From: Camelus dromedarius | Taxonomy: Eukaryota | Direction: 5' to 3' | Length of the DNA: 64,000 bases | Assembly (NCBI RefSeq): GCF_036321535.1 | Contig: NC_087437.1 | Location: 31,684,001 to 31,748,000, forward strand | Part shown: positions 1-13,539 of the stretch, one piece after another | Numbering within the stretch: the first letter of the stretch is position 1 | Layout: every line of letters starts with the position of its first letter | Notes under the pieces: generated by a model | The model's input: the letters and a program-made list of their open reading frames with translations, nothing else | Databases searched by the model: none | What the model was told of the DNA's origin: nothing | Position numbers and translations under genes: made by a program

Positions 1-809
1 TGCGTTTGGCAAGAGGGTTATAGCACAAGTCGTCTAACTCCCCGTACCGGACTCTGTCCGCTAGAACATGCTGTTAGTTCCACTGTTTTCAGGAACACCC
101 TCTGACTAGACAACAGCATGTCCTCACATCAATCAGCATAGAGCTCAAAATCTGTGCAGAATTATGACTCTTAGAGAAAACTGTGTGCTTGCACAGTACA
201 TACTGTATTATAATATTTTGTGAATTATCTGTTTCATAAAGTTGATATAATACATACAGTAAAAGTGAACATTAGTGCCTTTCAGGCATGTCATTTTTAA
301 CCGTATCAGTTTGATTTGAAAGAAGTGAAGCAGAGTTAGCAAAGCCAAAACAGAATGGACTAATGTGACCTAATTTCTCAGGGAGTATTGTCAGAGGGTT
401 TGAGATGCTATTTATATGTAACATTCATTTGGGGATTATAGCAAAATGAGTGATATTGGAAAGTGTTTTAATGTGTATTTTTTAATTATAAAAAGGAAAC
501 TGTTTTGTAAAAAATAGGCTTAGAATTCTTTTCTAGGTAAATTTTAATTGTTGGAGTGGGCTTTTTTATTTATTTTATTTTTTATAACATCTTTAAAGTT
601 TATGTTCCACTTACAGTTATTATAAGATATTGGCTATATTCCTTGTGTTTCATTAAGGAATGTTTAATACAAATTTCATTTAATCCAACAATATACTGTA
701 TAAGCTTAAATTTCCTTCTAATATTTCTGGATTTTTTTCCCCATATTTATCAACCTTAGATGTACTTAAACACACATAATGAGATTGAGTAGGTATTTTT
801 AAAATTCTA

Positions 810-1445
810 ATTTTATTTTTTTATAAATTGTTATTGAAGTGTAAACATATATAAGAGAAAAATGCACAAATAATACATGTACAGATAAATTAAATTTCAC
901 AAAGTGAACTTCCCATGTAATCAGCACCCCAGTCATGAACCTGAACATTAACATCCTCCCAGGAGCTCTCTTGTACTTCTCTTACTGTCACCCACCCAAA
1001 AGAATCTACTAATCTTGACTTAGAACACCATCGATTAATCTTGCCAATTTTTGATCTTTATATAAATGGAATCATATGGTGTGTGTTCTTTTATCTGGTT
1101 TCCTTCACTCACCATTATATTTGTGAGATGCATCCGTCTTGTCGTGTGTAGCTGCTGTTCATTCTTATTGCTGTTTGGCTTTCCATGGGATGAACATACC
1201 ACAATGGATTTATCTGTTCTACTGTGGATGGGCATTGGGTTATTTCCAAACTACCATGAATAATAGTGTGCATGTCTTGGTTAATATATGAGCACATTTT
1301 TCTGTTGGGTATGTACCAGGTGTGGAAATTCTGGGGCATAATATTATGCATATGGCCAGGTTTAGTAGATCATACTATTTATTCAAAATAGTTATGTTAA
1401 TTTATATTCCCACTAGGAGTGTTTGAAAACTCTTGTTGATCTGTA
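810..1445 (-). mobile_element. Old LINE-1 3' region (L1MD/L1ME-like)
   Basis: Degenerate L1 3' motifs in reverse orientation, e.g. tatataaatggaatcatat, ttccttcactcaccattatatttgtgagat, ttctgttgggtatgtaccagg. Confidence 0.8.
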
Positions 1446-1734
1446 AATTACAACTTGCTTTTCTTTTTCCTTCTTATTAAGTCTTGGTATTCTTTCCATG
1501 CTAGGACATAGATATCTATTTCATTAAAAAATTTTTTTGTATAATGTTCCATAGGAACATAAGTTACTTAATGTTCTTCTAATATTGACCATGAAGGTGT
1601 TTCTTTCTATTTTTGCTATATAAAAATTGCATAACTTCCAAAATCTAATATGCACCCACCTTTTTACACCGTAATTTATAATACAGATGTATTTGACATG
1701 TACACATTATTCATTGTATGTGTACAAATGATTC

Positions 1735-2880
1735 TTTTTTTAAACTTTTTATTTTGAAATAATTTTAGACTCACAGAAAGTTCCAAAAGTAGTACAGAGA
1801 GTTCCCATATACGCAGCTTACCCTAATGTTAACACCTTTCACAACTATAGTACAATTATAAAAACTAAGAAATTGACATTGGTATAATACTATTAACTAA
1901 CCTACAGAATTTGTTTGATTTGATCAGTTTTGCCACTAACGCCTTCTTTTCCAGTCCAGGACTCAATCTGGAATCATAGAGTGCATTTAGAGCATTTATC
2001 TTTTTAGTCTTCCTTGATCTGTGACAGTTTCTCAGTCTTTGTCTTTCATGACCTGTGGTTTTTGAAGAGTACTGGCCAGTTATTTTGTAGAATCCCTTCA
2101 GTTTGGGTTTGTCTTATATTTATTTGTAACCATATAGAGATTATTCATTTTTGGCAAGAATACCACAGAACTAATGTGCCCTTCTCAGTGTATCATGTCA
2201 GAGTATATATGATGTCAATATGTCTTATTATGGATGATGTTCACCTTGACTGCTTGGCTAAGGTGGTGTTTGGCAGGTTCCTCCATCATAAAATTATTAT
2301 TTTTTCCTTTGAAATGAATAAATATCTTAGAGTAGAAACTTTGAAAATATTCAAATATTCTGTTTCTTCTCAAACTTTCACCTACTTTTTTAGCAGCTAT
2401 CAATAGATTTTGCTTACAACAGTTAATTACTATGCTCTTACTAATGCTGTTTTCTTTTCTTCATTCCTTCCACATTTGTTAATTGGAATTTCTCTGTACA
2501 GAAGAGCTGTTCCTTCTCTTCCATTTATTTAACTATTTAATTATTTATTAATATCAATATGGACTCATTCACTTTCCTTTTGTGGGTCATGATCCAATAT
2601 AGTTTTTTATTTTGTTGCTCAGTTGTTCCAGTTTTGCCTGATTGGTGCTCCTTCAGGTGGCACCTGTGCCCTTTCAACGTGCCTCCATCTTTTTTTGAGC
2701 TTTTCCTTACTTTCTGGCACCACAAAATGTCCTAGGCTCACCTTAAATTTTCCCTATGCCACCCCTGGAATCAACCAGTTCTCTAAGATGCCCTGATTTC
2801 TTTTGTTGGGGAATAGTGCTTAGACACCAAGGTATGGGCTTTGGGTGTGCTCATTGCTACTGGGGTCGCCTTGCTCCAGA
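1735..2880 (-). mobile_element. L1MC-type LINE-1 3' UTR
   Basis: Begins ttttattttgaaataattttagactcacagaaag...gttcccatat and contains the recalled L1MC motifs ctttctggcaccacaaaatg and gtgtgctcattgctactgggg. Confidence 0.8.
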
Positions 2881-2959
2881 ACATTCATTGTTTTTTGTCA
2901 TTTGTGCCTTTCTTTCTCTTGGATCATGACATTCAGAATACCCATTTACTGTTTTTTAA

Positions 2960-3600
2960 AAATGAGTATTTAAAGCTATAAATTTTCTTCTAAATGCTTT
3001 GATAGATTGTGTTTCCATTATCATTTATTTCTAAATAATTTTTAGTTCAACTTTTATTTCCTCTTTGGCCCAGGGTTATTAGATGTATGTTGAAGTTTCC
3101 ACATCTGCAGTTCATTTTCATGTAATTTTATCGTGGGCAATGAATGTGGGTAGAAGATTTTTTTCTTTTTAAGACTATATTAAAATTTCAATTGCGGCTG
3201 ATTACATGGTCAATTTTTATGGCTATACCATATGTTTGGAAGACCTTATTATTAGATATAAGTTCCAATTATGGTCATACATAAGCTTGTTAATAATGTT
3301 ATTCAAATCCTCAATATTTTTGACTATTTTTCATGTCATTGTGACCATTCCATTTCTGTGAGAAATGTGTTAATACCTCTCACTATGATTATTAATTTGT
3401 TCTCATTAGATTTTTAACAGATTTTTTAAAATATAATTTGAACCTATGTTTTGGGTATACAAAGGTTCATGATTAGTATTTTTTCTTGGTGGATTGGGCT
3501 TTTTATCAAAATAAAAGTGTTGTTCCATTTAATATCTTGCTAGTTATTAATATTACTGTATATATTTTATCATTTTTAAAGCATCTATTCGGGTATATAT
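2960..3600 (-). mobile_element. Ancient LINE-1 ORF2 (endonuclease-region) fragment
   Basis: Degenerate motifs tttaaagctataaattttcttctaaatgc and gtgttaatacctctcactatgatt. Confidence 0.6.
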
Positions 3601-3645
3601 TTTCTCAAATTTTTTTTCCCCTACATTCCTCTGTTGATTTTTTTT

Positions 3646-3767
3646 TTGGAGGGGGGAGTAATGAGGTTTATTTATTTATTATTATATTTTAATGGAGGTA
3701 CTGGTGATTGAACCCAGGATCTTGTGCATGCTAAGCAGGTGCTCTACCACTGAGCTGTACCCTCCCC
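3646..3767 (-). mobile_element. tRNA-derived SINE, camelid Vic-1 type
   Basis: Reverse complement reads ggggagggtacagctcagtggtagagcacctgcttagcatgcacaagatcctgggttcaatcaccagtacctcc, with Pol III A and B boxes and an A-rich tail. Flanked by ttgatttttt direct repeats at 3634 and 3768. Confidence 0.9.
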
Positions 3768-5033
3768 TTGATTTTTTTTTTTTTTTAAAGATGTGACTCC
3801 TGAAAACATTTGGTTGATTTGTTTCTCTTAGTATGCTTAAGGAAATACTTGTCAGTGTACATAGTGGGGCTAAAAATAGTAGGATTCATTAAAAATGTTT
3901 TAAAGTTGCATTAGGCTTTCAGAACTTCACTCCCACTCTGCCATCCCAGAGGCTTCTACTTACCTTTCCCTGACTCTGGCAGTTGGCATAGGTGCTATCA
4001 AAACAGCTAGTTCCCCACCTGATTTCCCCACAGTGAAGCCCATCATTTAACAACTTCTGTACTCCCACCCAGAAGCTTAGAGACAGCATTTCGGTACCTT
4101 ATCCACTTGCTTTTCTAAAGAGAAAATAGCATAATAAATACCCTTTAACACAGATTCAAAAATTACCAAGATTTTGTCATATGTTTCATCTGTTCCTGTT
4201 GTTTTTTTTCTGAATTAATTCAACACAGCTCCAAGACAGCATGCTGTTTTCATCCCTATTTACTTCAGTGTGATGTACCATTTTCTTATATAACAACAAT
4301 ATTATTATCCCAAAATTATTAGCAGTTCCTCAGTATTATCTAATTCCCAATCCATATTCAAATTTCTTCAATTCTTAAAAAAGAAAAAAAGTTTGCAGTT
4401 TATTCATCTGACTCTTGCTCTATACAAGTCAGTATGTCGCATTTGATTGTCACTTTTCTTACTTCTTTTATCTAGAAAAGCCTCTCCCTGCTTTTCTCCC
4501 TGTGTCATCATGAACCTGTAAAAAATGGACCAGATATCCTTTAAATGCCCCATTCTTAAATATGAATGGATAATAAAGGATCTCCTGACTTTTGAGAGAA
4601 GCCTCAAATGTGAAAGACAAAAAGCAAAAAAGAGAAAAAAAAATAAACCCAAAGGAAACAGAAGCAATGCAGTAAGCTGAAGAAAATTTAAAAAAACATT
4701 ATAATTGATATCCTCAAAACAATAATGAAGAAATTGTATCAATGAAACAGGAACAAGGGATAGTAAAAGAGGACCTTTTGGAGAATAAGTGAGAATTCTT
4801 GGTAGTTAAAATATAATAGCAGAAATGAACAATTTCACAGGCAGGGTGGAAGATAATGAAAGTAGAACAGAATGTTAAAAGTGGTAAGATGGCAAAGAAA
4901 GGATAAGAAAATAGGATCTCTCTGGGAGTTCCCACTTTCAAAATTATAGAAAGATGTTCCAGAAAGAAAACAGAAGAGATGGAGGGGAAGGAATCTTTAT
5001 CCCTAGGGGGAAATTCTTGGAACTAAAAAACAT

Positions 5034-5262
5034 GGGATTGGCTGATACAAACTACTATGTACAGAATAGATAAACAACAGGGTCTTACTATATAGCACAG
5101 AGGACTATATTCAATGACTTGTAGTAGCCTGTAATGAAAAAGAATATATATATGTGTGTATATGTATGTGTGTATATATATATACACACACACACACATA
5201 TGTATAACTGAATCACTATGCTGTATACCGGAAACTAAAATACATTATAAATTAAAAAAAAA
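5034..5262 (+). mobile_element. 5'-truncated artiodactyl-type L1 3' end
   Basis: gatacaaactactat...tatatagcacagaggactatattcaat...aactgaatcactatgctgtata followed by a poly-A tail; short aaacat repeat on both flanks. Confidence 0.85.
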
Positions 5263-6177
5263 TTTTAAACATCCATTTCTAAAGGAAATGCCATGTGCCC
5301 AGCATAGAGAATGACAAAAGACTGAAATAATGATGTATTGTGATATAAGAATACAAATTTAGGAATACAAAGTAAAAAGAGAACATTTTAAAACTTCTGA
5401 ACTGTGATAGGGATGGGGTGGAGAGGACCAACATGTATACCATACAAAGAAGTAGGAACTAGAGTATCATTGGACTTCTCAGAAGCAGCAGTGGAAGTTA
5501 GGTAACAGTGGAGCAGAGACTGATTTTCTGGTGAAGAATACTTTCCTCATCTGTGATTATATATCCAGCCAGACTGTTCAGTCTGAAGTAGAATAAAGAT
5601 GCTTCTAGATATTCAAGGTCTCAGATTTACCTCCCATGCACAAAAAGCTCCTGGAGGATTTATTCCACCAAAAGGAGTAAACCAAGGAGGAGGAAGACTT
5701 TAGCACCAGGATGCAGGAGATCCGACATGAGAGAAAGCTGAGGACAATTTCTGAAATGATAGGGAAAGGAAGTCCCAAGATGACAGTTGTGCAGTCAAAC
5801 CAGAGCATAACCAGACTGGAGCTGGGGAACAGAGAGTTCTAGGAAGGCTGCCTCCTGGAAAAGAAATGGTATGGAAGGATTATCTGCTGTGTCTGAAGGT
5901 ATTGAGAGAGGAGAATTACACTTCTGTCAGATCTGAAAGAAGTGATAGGTACACAGAAAACTAAGAAGGAAGAAAAGGAGATGGTCTTTAACCCAGGAAT
6001 GGCAAAAACTTTGTACAAGAAAAGAAAGTGATCATGACATAATATATAGCCTACTAGTGAGGAACACTGGATAAAAAGATTGATTTAATTATATTGGGAG
6101 GATGAGGGAAGGAAGGCTCTGTGTGTGTGGATGTATAGGTGTATAGGTGTGTATGGGAGGTTTAATTCTTATTAGGA

Positions 6178-6655
6178 CTGTGTTAGGAACTGCAGGTTAC
6201 CTACCCCAACATACATTCTTCCTTCCACCTTAGTAAAAGAATTATGGACACATCTGGGGCTGATCTTTCCAGTTAAAAGACTACGTTTCTTAGCTTCACT
6301 TGCAGCGGTATACTGCCATGTGTCCTAGTTCAGCAGAAGTGTACAGTGGCACTTTCAGGAAGTCTCCTTGAAAGGGACAGAGGAGCCTTCTTCTCTGCTG
6401 CTGGTCTGGAGTGGGAAAGTAATGGAATTTCTACCATTATCATGCACTGATCATGAGAATAACAGACACACACCAAAGATGGTAGACCAGAGAGTTGTAA
6501 GGATACTGGGGCCCTGATGACACTCTAAAGCAATCATATCAGTATTGGACTGACTACCAATACTTTTGTTTTATGCAATAATATACCTTTGTATATTTAA
6601 GCCATCATAGTCAGGTCTCAGTTGTATGTAGCAGAACCAGATCTTACCTGATTTG
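6178..6655 (+). mobile_element. Old MaLR solo LTR (MLT1I/J-like)
   Basis: TG start; motifs ttcttagcttcacttgcagc, caggaagtctccttgaaaggga, tatttaagccatcatagtcaggtctcagttg. Confidence 0.7.
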
Positions 6656-7194
6656 TGATTCACTAGATAGTATCTAAAATAAAATTTAAGAAGTAACAGT
6701 ATAAGCATGTTATTTAATAATATACAGATGAATACTAGAAGAAAAAAGTTGAAAGTAGTCGTTTTTGACAGTGAGAATTGGGGTAAAGTTAAATGATTGC
6801 TATTTTTTCTTTAAATTCTTTTAGTAATATTTGACAGTTAAAGTTATGTATCTATATTACTTTAATAAAAGTTAAAAGTTGGTATTTGTTCAGTTACTTT
6901 TAAATTAGTATTTCAAGTAAAAATACATGTTCACTGCAAAAATCTGAACGATACAAAGAATATAGAGTGAAAGTTATGCTTTCCTTCAATATTTGCTGCC
7001 TTTCTCCTGCCTATTGATTCCACTTTCCTCCCCAGGGATAGTGGCTCTTTGGTATGTATCTCTCCATACTTTTTCTATACATTCATTTAGCATATGTAAA
7101 GATGCATAGTTTTCTTCTTTTATTTATTTTTATTAAAAGCATATTTAAATTTTAATTTATTAAAGTACTCATGATGGAATATTTAGACTTGTAA

Positions 7195-7341
<147 letters not shown>

Positions 7342-7934
7342 TAAGATTATCTTCAAAGAATTAAAAATTACAAGATTGAAAAGATTGCTCATTTAATACT
7401 AACGGTATAGACATTCAAATACATTTTAGTGATATAATAGTATAATATTAATCTTTATAAACATTCAAGGACATTTTAATAATATAATTTCTATATTTAT
7501 ATAGTTTAGTATTATAGTATGGTTAAAAAAATGGAAACACTTCACTTTTAAAAAAAACTATTATCTCAACTGAATAGTTTTGCCAATAAAATTTAAATCA
7601 GGCAAACACCTTGTTCTTATTTTGCATTGACATTTAGAATGACAGCACAGTAACTAAATTCATTTTCCTCTTGACCAGTATTTCTTGGTGTATTTGATCT
7701 TCTGACTGATAGTCCAGTGACATGAAAAAAATAGAATAGGGAAACTTTTCTATCTGGATAGTAATAGACCTCCTAAATTTAGTAATTTTCAACATAAATG
7801 GTGTTAATTCTAATTTTGTATATCTTTGGAGGGCTTAAAATACCTGAAGGTTAAAACCCAATGTTCTAAAGAAAATAGTACTTTTTAAAAATGGAATTGA
7901 ATATATTGAGAATATCAGACAGAATGACTGTCTC

Positions 7935-8258
7935 TTTTTTTAAAAATTTTTTTTATTGAAGAATAGTCAGTTACAATGTGTCAATTTCTGGTGTACAGCA
8001 TAATGTTTCAGTCATACGTGAACATACATATATTCTTCTTCATATTCTTTTTCACCGTAAGTTACTACAAGATATTGAATATAGTTCCCTCTGCTATACA
8101 GTAGAAACTTGTTGTTTATCTATTTTATAGTAGTTAGTATCTTCAAATCTTGAACTCCCAGTTTATCTCTCCCCACCCCCTTACCCCTCTGGTAACCATA
8201 AGTTTGTTTTCTATGTCTGTGAGTCTGTTTCTGTTTCGTAAATAAGTTTGTTTGTCTT
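7935..8258 (-). mobile_element. 5'-truncated lineage-specific L1 3' end
   Basis: Poly-T then tattgaagaatagtcagttacaatgtgtcaatttctggtgtacagc...ggtaaccataagtttgttttctatgtctgtgagtctg; partial agaatga direct repeat on the flanks. Confidence 0.85.
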
Positions 8259-10079
8259 AGAATGATTAATTTTCCAGTTGAGTAACTTTTAGCTCTTAGA
8301 AAAGGGAAATAGGTTAAATGAACATAGACATAGGTTCTGGGTGACTAAAAAAAATATACCAGGTGAGTATTATGAATGTTAGGTTCTTATTTTTCCCAAT
8401 CTACTAGTTATTATCAGGGATATTGTTCTATTAAAAAATTATATGGGCTAATAATCTTTATACAATATCTGGTGATAACCTGTTGGCCATCTACCTTTCT
8501 TTAATGTCCTGCACATAACTGATGCTGAATAAATAATTTTTGAATGAATGAATGAATCTATTCATAAAAAAGATGACAATTTTTGTCATCATAAAGATTC
8601 CCTGCCCTTTCCTAGAACTCTAGTATTGAACCAGCAGGATACCACCCAGATGACCCCAACTCTCCATTTCAGTCAAGACCATCAGTGTTCAATCTTGGCT
8701 CCAACAACAGCTTTGGCCCAGGTCTGCTAAGGAAGTCCCATTTGTTTTACCCACAGATGCCATTATGGATGGCAGAACTGACTAAATTTTAAAGCTTAGG
8801 CCAGGACTAGATTAAATAATTAGTGCTGCTTCAGTATATTATGGACTGATACAATCAGTTTTTATTATTCATATTTTACGTGTGATTTATAGTATTTCAA
8901 ATTCTTGAGGAAACTTAGACATATTTAAATGTTATTTTATTCTATGTTCTAATTTTGTCATCATTTTGCATTATACTTTTACTGCTAATTTTTTCCAAAT
9001 GTTTTCACTAGATCTGTGATTTCTATTTTTAGCTAAAAAATCACAAATTGGGAGTTCAGAGTCTGATTTATATAAAAAACTAGCACTTACTAAAAACAAT
9101 TTTGTAAATAATCATCTAACTAGACACTTAGTATAAATAAAAGTTTTTGATAGATGAATAAAAATAATTCCTGGTTTTATTCATACTCTCACTAGTAGGC
9201 ACATAGCGTAGGAAAAGGCAATATGATGAAAATAAAATCAAACTCAAAGTTGTAGAATTCAGTAATTTTGCTGCAATAGTAAATTTTAAACTAGTTTACT
9301 GGTTATTTTTAAAAAATACCTAGTAGAACATAAAACTTCAAGTTTGCTATGGGTAAAGAAAAGGAGCTTATAATCTCAAAGTGGTAAAGAAAAGAAGCAT
9401 GAGCTTTGCCTACTCAGATGTAATCATCTTTATTTATGGAGCCCAAAAGGAACTTTCAAGAGATCAATGAACTATGTCTTTGAGTCACATTGCCCTTTTT
9501 AAATTATTCTTTCATTTGTTTAATTGCAATTGGGCTTAATCACCTACCCTCCAGCAAAGTGTTCTTCATGCTCTGTGTTTTCCCTGACATTTCCAACCTG
9601 TCGCTTGTAAGGGAGTGATGAGGAGTAGCTGTGATATGCCTCAGTTGGCTCGGCACATCTGCTATTCCAACGAAAGTGTCTTTTGAGAATGGAAATTAAC
9701 TTTTGAAGACCTGTAAAATAGATACTAAAAACAGTATGGAGTATAGATATGCTTTATGTAAAGTTGCATATAAATCCAATATTCCAAATCAATCCATATT
9801 TGAAACATTTTAGTAGTGCTTGGTTTTACAGAATTCCTACTGTGAATCTTTCATGAATTGTTTGAATTATACTTATCCTTTAGTTTTTCTTATTTGTAAA
9901 TCCAGACTCTGTCATCTCTGAAATTTTCAATGCCAACTCCTTAAATCTCTCCTTCTAGCTCTGTCACTTTTCACTTCAGCTCTTCAGCCACATTAAGGCT
10001 GCTGGTATTCTAATTTTCCCAACAATTTCCTGACTTTACTTTGTTTCTAGCCTTGATCCCATAGTTAATAACCTCATAT

Positions 10080-11952
10080 CTTTTTTCAAATAGCTGTATT
10101 GAAATATAAATTACGTCTTACAAAATCCACCCAGTTTAAGTGGACAGTGTAATGATTTTTAGTAAACATACTGAGTTGTGCAACCTTTATCGCATCCAAT
10201 GTTAGGACATTTGAATCATCCCCAAAAGATCCTCATGCTATTTGCAGTCAATCTCTATTTTTACCACCAGTATTCCTAGGCAACCACTGATCTTTGTTTC
10301 TATAGGTTTGTATTTTTCTGGACAGTTTAGATATATGGAATCATACGATATGTAGTCTTTTATATCTGGCTTCTTTTACTGATGTTTTTGAAGTTCATGT
10401 TGTATCCTGCATCAGTACTTTGTTCCTTTTTATTTCTAAATAGTATTCCATTGTATGGATATACTACATTTTATTTATGTATTTACCAATTGATGGATTT
10501 TTGGATTGTTTCCACTTGTTGGCACTTATAAATAATAGTGCTATAAACATTCACATACAAGTCTTTGTGTGCATGTATGTTTCATTTCTTTTGGGTAGAT
10601 ACCTAAGTGTAGAATTACTGAATCATATGGTAAATTGATATTTAACTTTTAAGAAACTGCCAAACTATTTTCCAAAGTGCTTTCACCATTTTGCATTCTT
10701 ACCAGGAATGAGGATTCTAGTTTCAACTGTGTTCTTGCTAACATTTCTTATTGTCTGTCTTTAATTTTAGCCATTCTAGAGGCTGTGAAATCATACCTCA
10801 TTGTGCTTTGATTTGTGTTTCCCAAAGGACTAATGGTGTTAAGTGTCTTTTCATGTGCTTATTAACCATTTGTATGGTTATTTGGTGAAATATCTATTAA
10901 AATGTTTTGTCTGTTTTTCATTTTGTTTTTATGTTATTAGATTTTAAGAGTTATTCGTATGTTCTAGGTACAAGTCCTTTATTTGAAATATGATTTGCAA
11001 ATATTTTCTCCCAGTCTGTGTAATTTCTTTTCATTTTCTTAATGGTATATTTTAAAGAACAAAAGTTGTTATTTTTAGTGAAATACAATTTAATCAATGT
11101 TTTCTTTTACGGATTGTGCTTTTGGAAATGTATCTAAGAACTCTGCCTAACCAAAAGTCACATAGATTTTTTTCAGTGGCTTCTTCTAAAGATTTTATAG
11201 TTTTAGCTCTTAAATTTAAGTCTATGATCCATTTTGAGTTAACTTTTGTGAATGATGTTAGGTAAGGATCTAAATTCACCTTTTTCATATGAATATTCCG
11301 TTGTTCTAGCACCATTTGTTAAAAAGACAGTTCTTTCCCTATTTAATTGCCTTGGTCCCTTTACCTAAAATCAGTTCACCATGAATGTAAGTGATTATTT
11401 CTGGACTGTCTATACTAGTCTATTCTATTTATCTACATATCTATTCTTACTGTCATTAGCATACACTCTTGAATAGTGTAATTTTTAGGAAATTTTGAAA
11501 TCAAGAAATGTAAGCCCTCTAAATTTCTTTGTTTTCGAGTTTGTTTTGGCTATTCTGGCTCCTTTGTATTTTCAAATGGATTTTAGGATCAGTTTGTCAA
11601 TTTCTGATAAATAGCCTACTGGGATTTTGGTAGATATAGCATTAAATCTATAGATCAATTTGGGGAGAATTGCCATCTTAAAAATGTTGAATTTTTCAAT
11701 CCATGAACATGAGATGTTTTTCCATTGAGATCTTTAGTTCTTTCCAAAATGTTTTGTTTTTAGTATATAAGTCTTACACTCCTTTTATTAAGTTTATTTC
11801 TAAATATTTTATTCTTTTTGATGTTATTATGAGTGGATTTTTTTCTTAATTTTATTTTTGGGATTGGTCATTGCTAGTATACAGACAATATTAATTTTTG
11901 CTATGGTTTATTTTTCTGTTACCTTGGTAAACTCAATTTATTAGTTCTAGTA

Positions 11953-12003
<51 letters not shown>

Positions 12004-12040
12004 CTTTAGGATTTTCTACATAGAGGATGTTTCTGCATAG
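10080..12040 (-). mobile_element. L1MB-like LINE-1 (3' UTR plus ORF2 C-terminal part), inserted into L2-like sequence
   Basis: ORF 11094..11315 (NLDPYLTSFTKVNSKWIIDLNLRAKTIKSLEE) is ORF2-like; typical 3' UTR at 10080-10400. Confidence 0.9.
11955..11998. repeat. (TG)22 microsatellite
   Basis: Perfect TG run read directly. Confidence 0.97.
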
Positions 12041-12256
12041 ACTACCAATATTCCAGCTACTTTTACCTCTGCTCATTTAATTATATTACCCTTAAAACCC
12101 TCAATCTTCATACCTACTTACAGGTTGTTACACACCAGGTCCTCAGTTCCTCCAATACTCTAAATCCTCATTATTTTGCTTAGAATCCCCTGTGCTACTC
12201 ATCTCTCAGCAGCTGTGTTATATTTGCCTTATATTTCACAGAGTTAAAGTTATCAA

Positions 12257-13162
12257 CACAGGCATATTTACTATAAATTAAGTGACACTTGAGTTTTAGA
12301 ACCCCTCACTCAGGACCCCCTTCCAGGATTCTAGGAAGGCCCCTGGCAAAAGTAAGATGGTTTAGTTATAACTGTAAAAATTTTGTAACTTTTTTCAGAT
12401 TTCATCATATGAGATACATTTTCAATAAAATCTCTTGGATTATTTCGTAATCCATTCAATGAAGTGGAGTTGATTTTTGAATATATTGGAGAAAGGTTTA
12501 AGTTTCTTGCTGATTTGACGAAACTACTAACATTACTGAATATGACATAAAAATCATAGTATAACATTTCAAGGACATCTGAGATAAACTGGTTCATGAA
12601 TTTCATCATTTCAAAGACACTTTAGGATGTCATTTTCCAAGAAAACTTGAAATGCCAAAAATCTTATAGTTGTATATTAAAATTTTTTCATAAGGAGTTT
12701 TCCAAATTTGACAATTTTTAATATCTGTATGATATTACCAATAAGGGGCTATGAAGTTGAAAGAATCTTTCTAACTATCACTGATAATAAAACTAATGGC
12801 CATGCTAGATAAAAACTGTATAATTTTTATATTCTCTCCACATAAAGTATTTTTATAAAATGGTTCTCATATGAAAAGATGCTTGTAGAGCACGTAGCTA
12901 AAAATTGTAGACAAAAAAGTAATGCAGAGCTGTTATTTATTAATAGTTATATTGTTTTTCTGTATTTTGTGATATTGATGGGATTTATTAACTTTTACAA
13001 TTTTATTTGTAGTGATTTTTTTCATTCTATAAATAATTGCACACTTTTAAACCTGGTTTTGTAGTTATAACTTTTGTATTCTTTTTTACAAGAAAGCCAC
13101 CTGTCTATCCACACCTATCATATGAGATCTAGGCCCCACAAAATGTGGTGGATCTGCTCTTA
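12257..13162 (+). mobile_element. hAT-Tip100 DNA transposon fossil (Zaphod/MER115-like) with a transposase C-terminal remnant
   Basis: Ends resemble recalled CAGGGGCGGATTTA...GGCCCCTCACT and AGGCCCCACAAAA...GGATCCGCCCCTG. The stretch at about 12695-12850 (tttccaaatttg...ttaccaata...gaagttgaaagaatcttt) resembles the hAT dimerisation motif FPNL...LPIT..E.ER.FS. Confidence 0.75.
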
Positions 13163-13539
13163 GCTAACAAGCTTGAATTTTCTGTTTCCTGCCTTTTTCC
13201 CTACAGAAGCACATGCATCCATATCCAGTCTTTCTTCTATTAAATACCCCTCCAAGCCTTGACCCCCATATACATGGCTTGCTCCAAGCAGCTACCTTAC
13301 ATTGGGCCCATTAGCCCCTTAACCTTGACTTAATTCATGGTTCTTGTCTCTCTGTCTTACCAGTTTGTGGCTTCACATTCTGACTTCCCATCCTCATGGT
13401 TGGTCCCCTTGCTTTAGTGATCTATTTTGCTCTCTTTGATTTCTGAAATCAACATCTCTCTTAGCTTCCAGGTCTGCATGCTGATTGAGGATCCCCTGTG
13501 GCTTCTGGTCACTCAGGTAGACCTTATTAATGACCACAC

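Larger units (their letters stand above)
4570..6880 (+). mobile_element. HAL1 (half-L1, ORF1-only) fossil, interrupted by an L1 tail and an LTR
   Basis: A-rich degenerate ORF1-like sequence followed by the recalled HAL1 motifs ctcctggaggatttattccaccaaaaggagtaaaccaagg and gtcccaagatgacagttgtgcag. A-rich 3' end at about 6860-6880. No ORF2 remnants in between. Confidence 0.65.

Noticed and set aside
3690..3767. tRNA gene
   Set aside because: tRNA-like head of a SINE with an A-tail and TSD; the same applies to 47060-47135.
12331..12609. 92-aa minus-strand ORF
   Set aside because: Antisense to the decayed hAT transposase; most likely a chance ORF.
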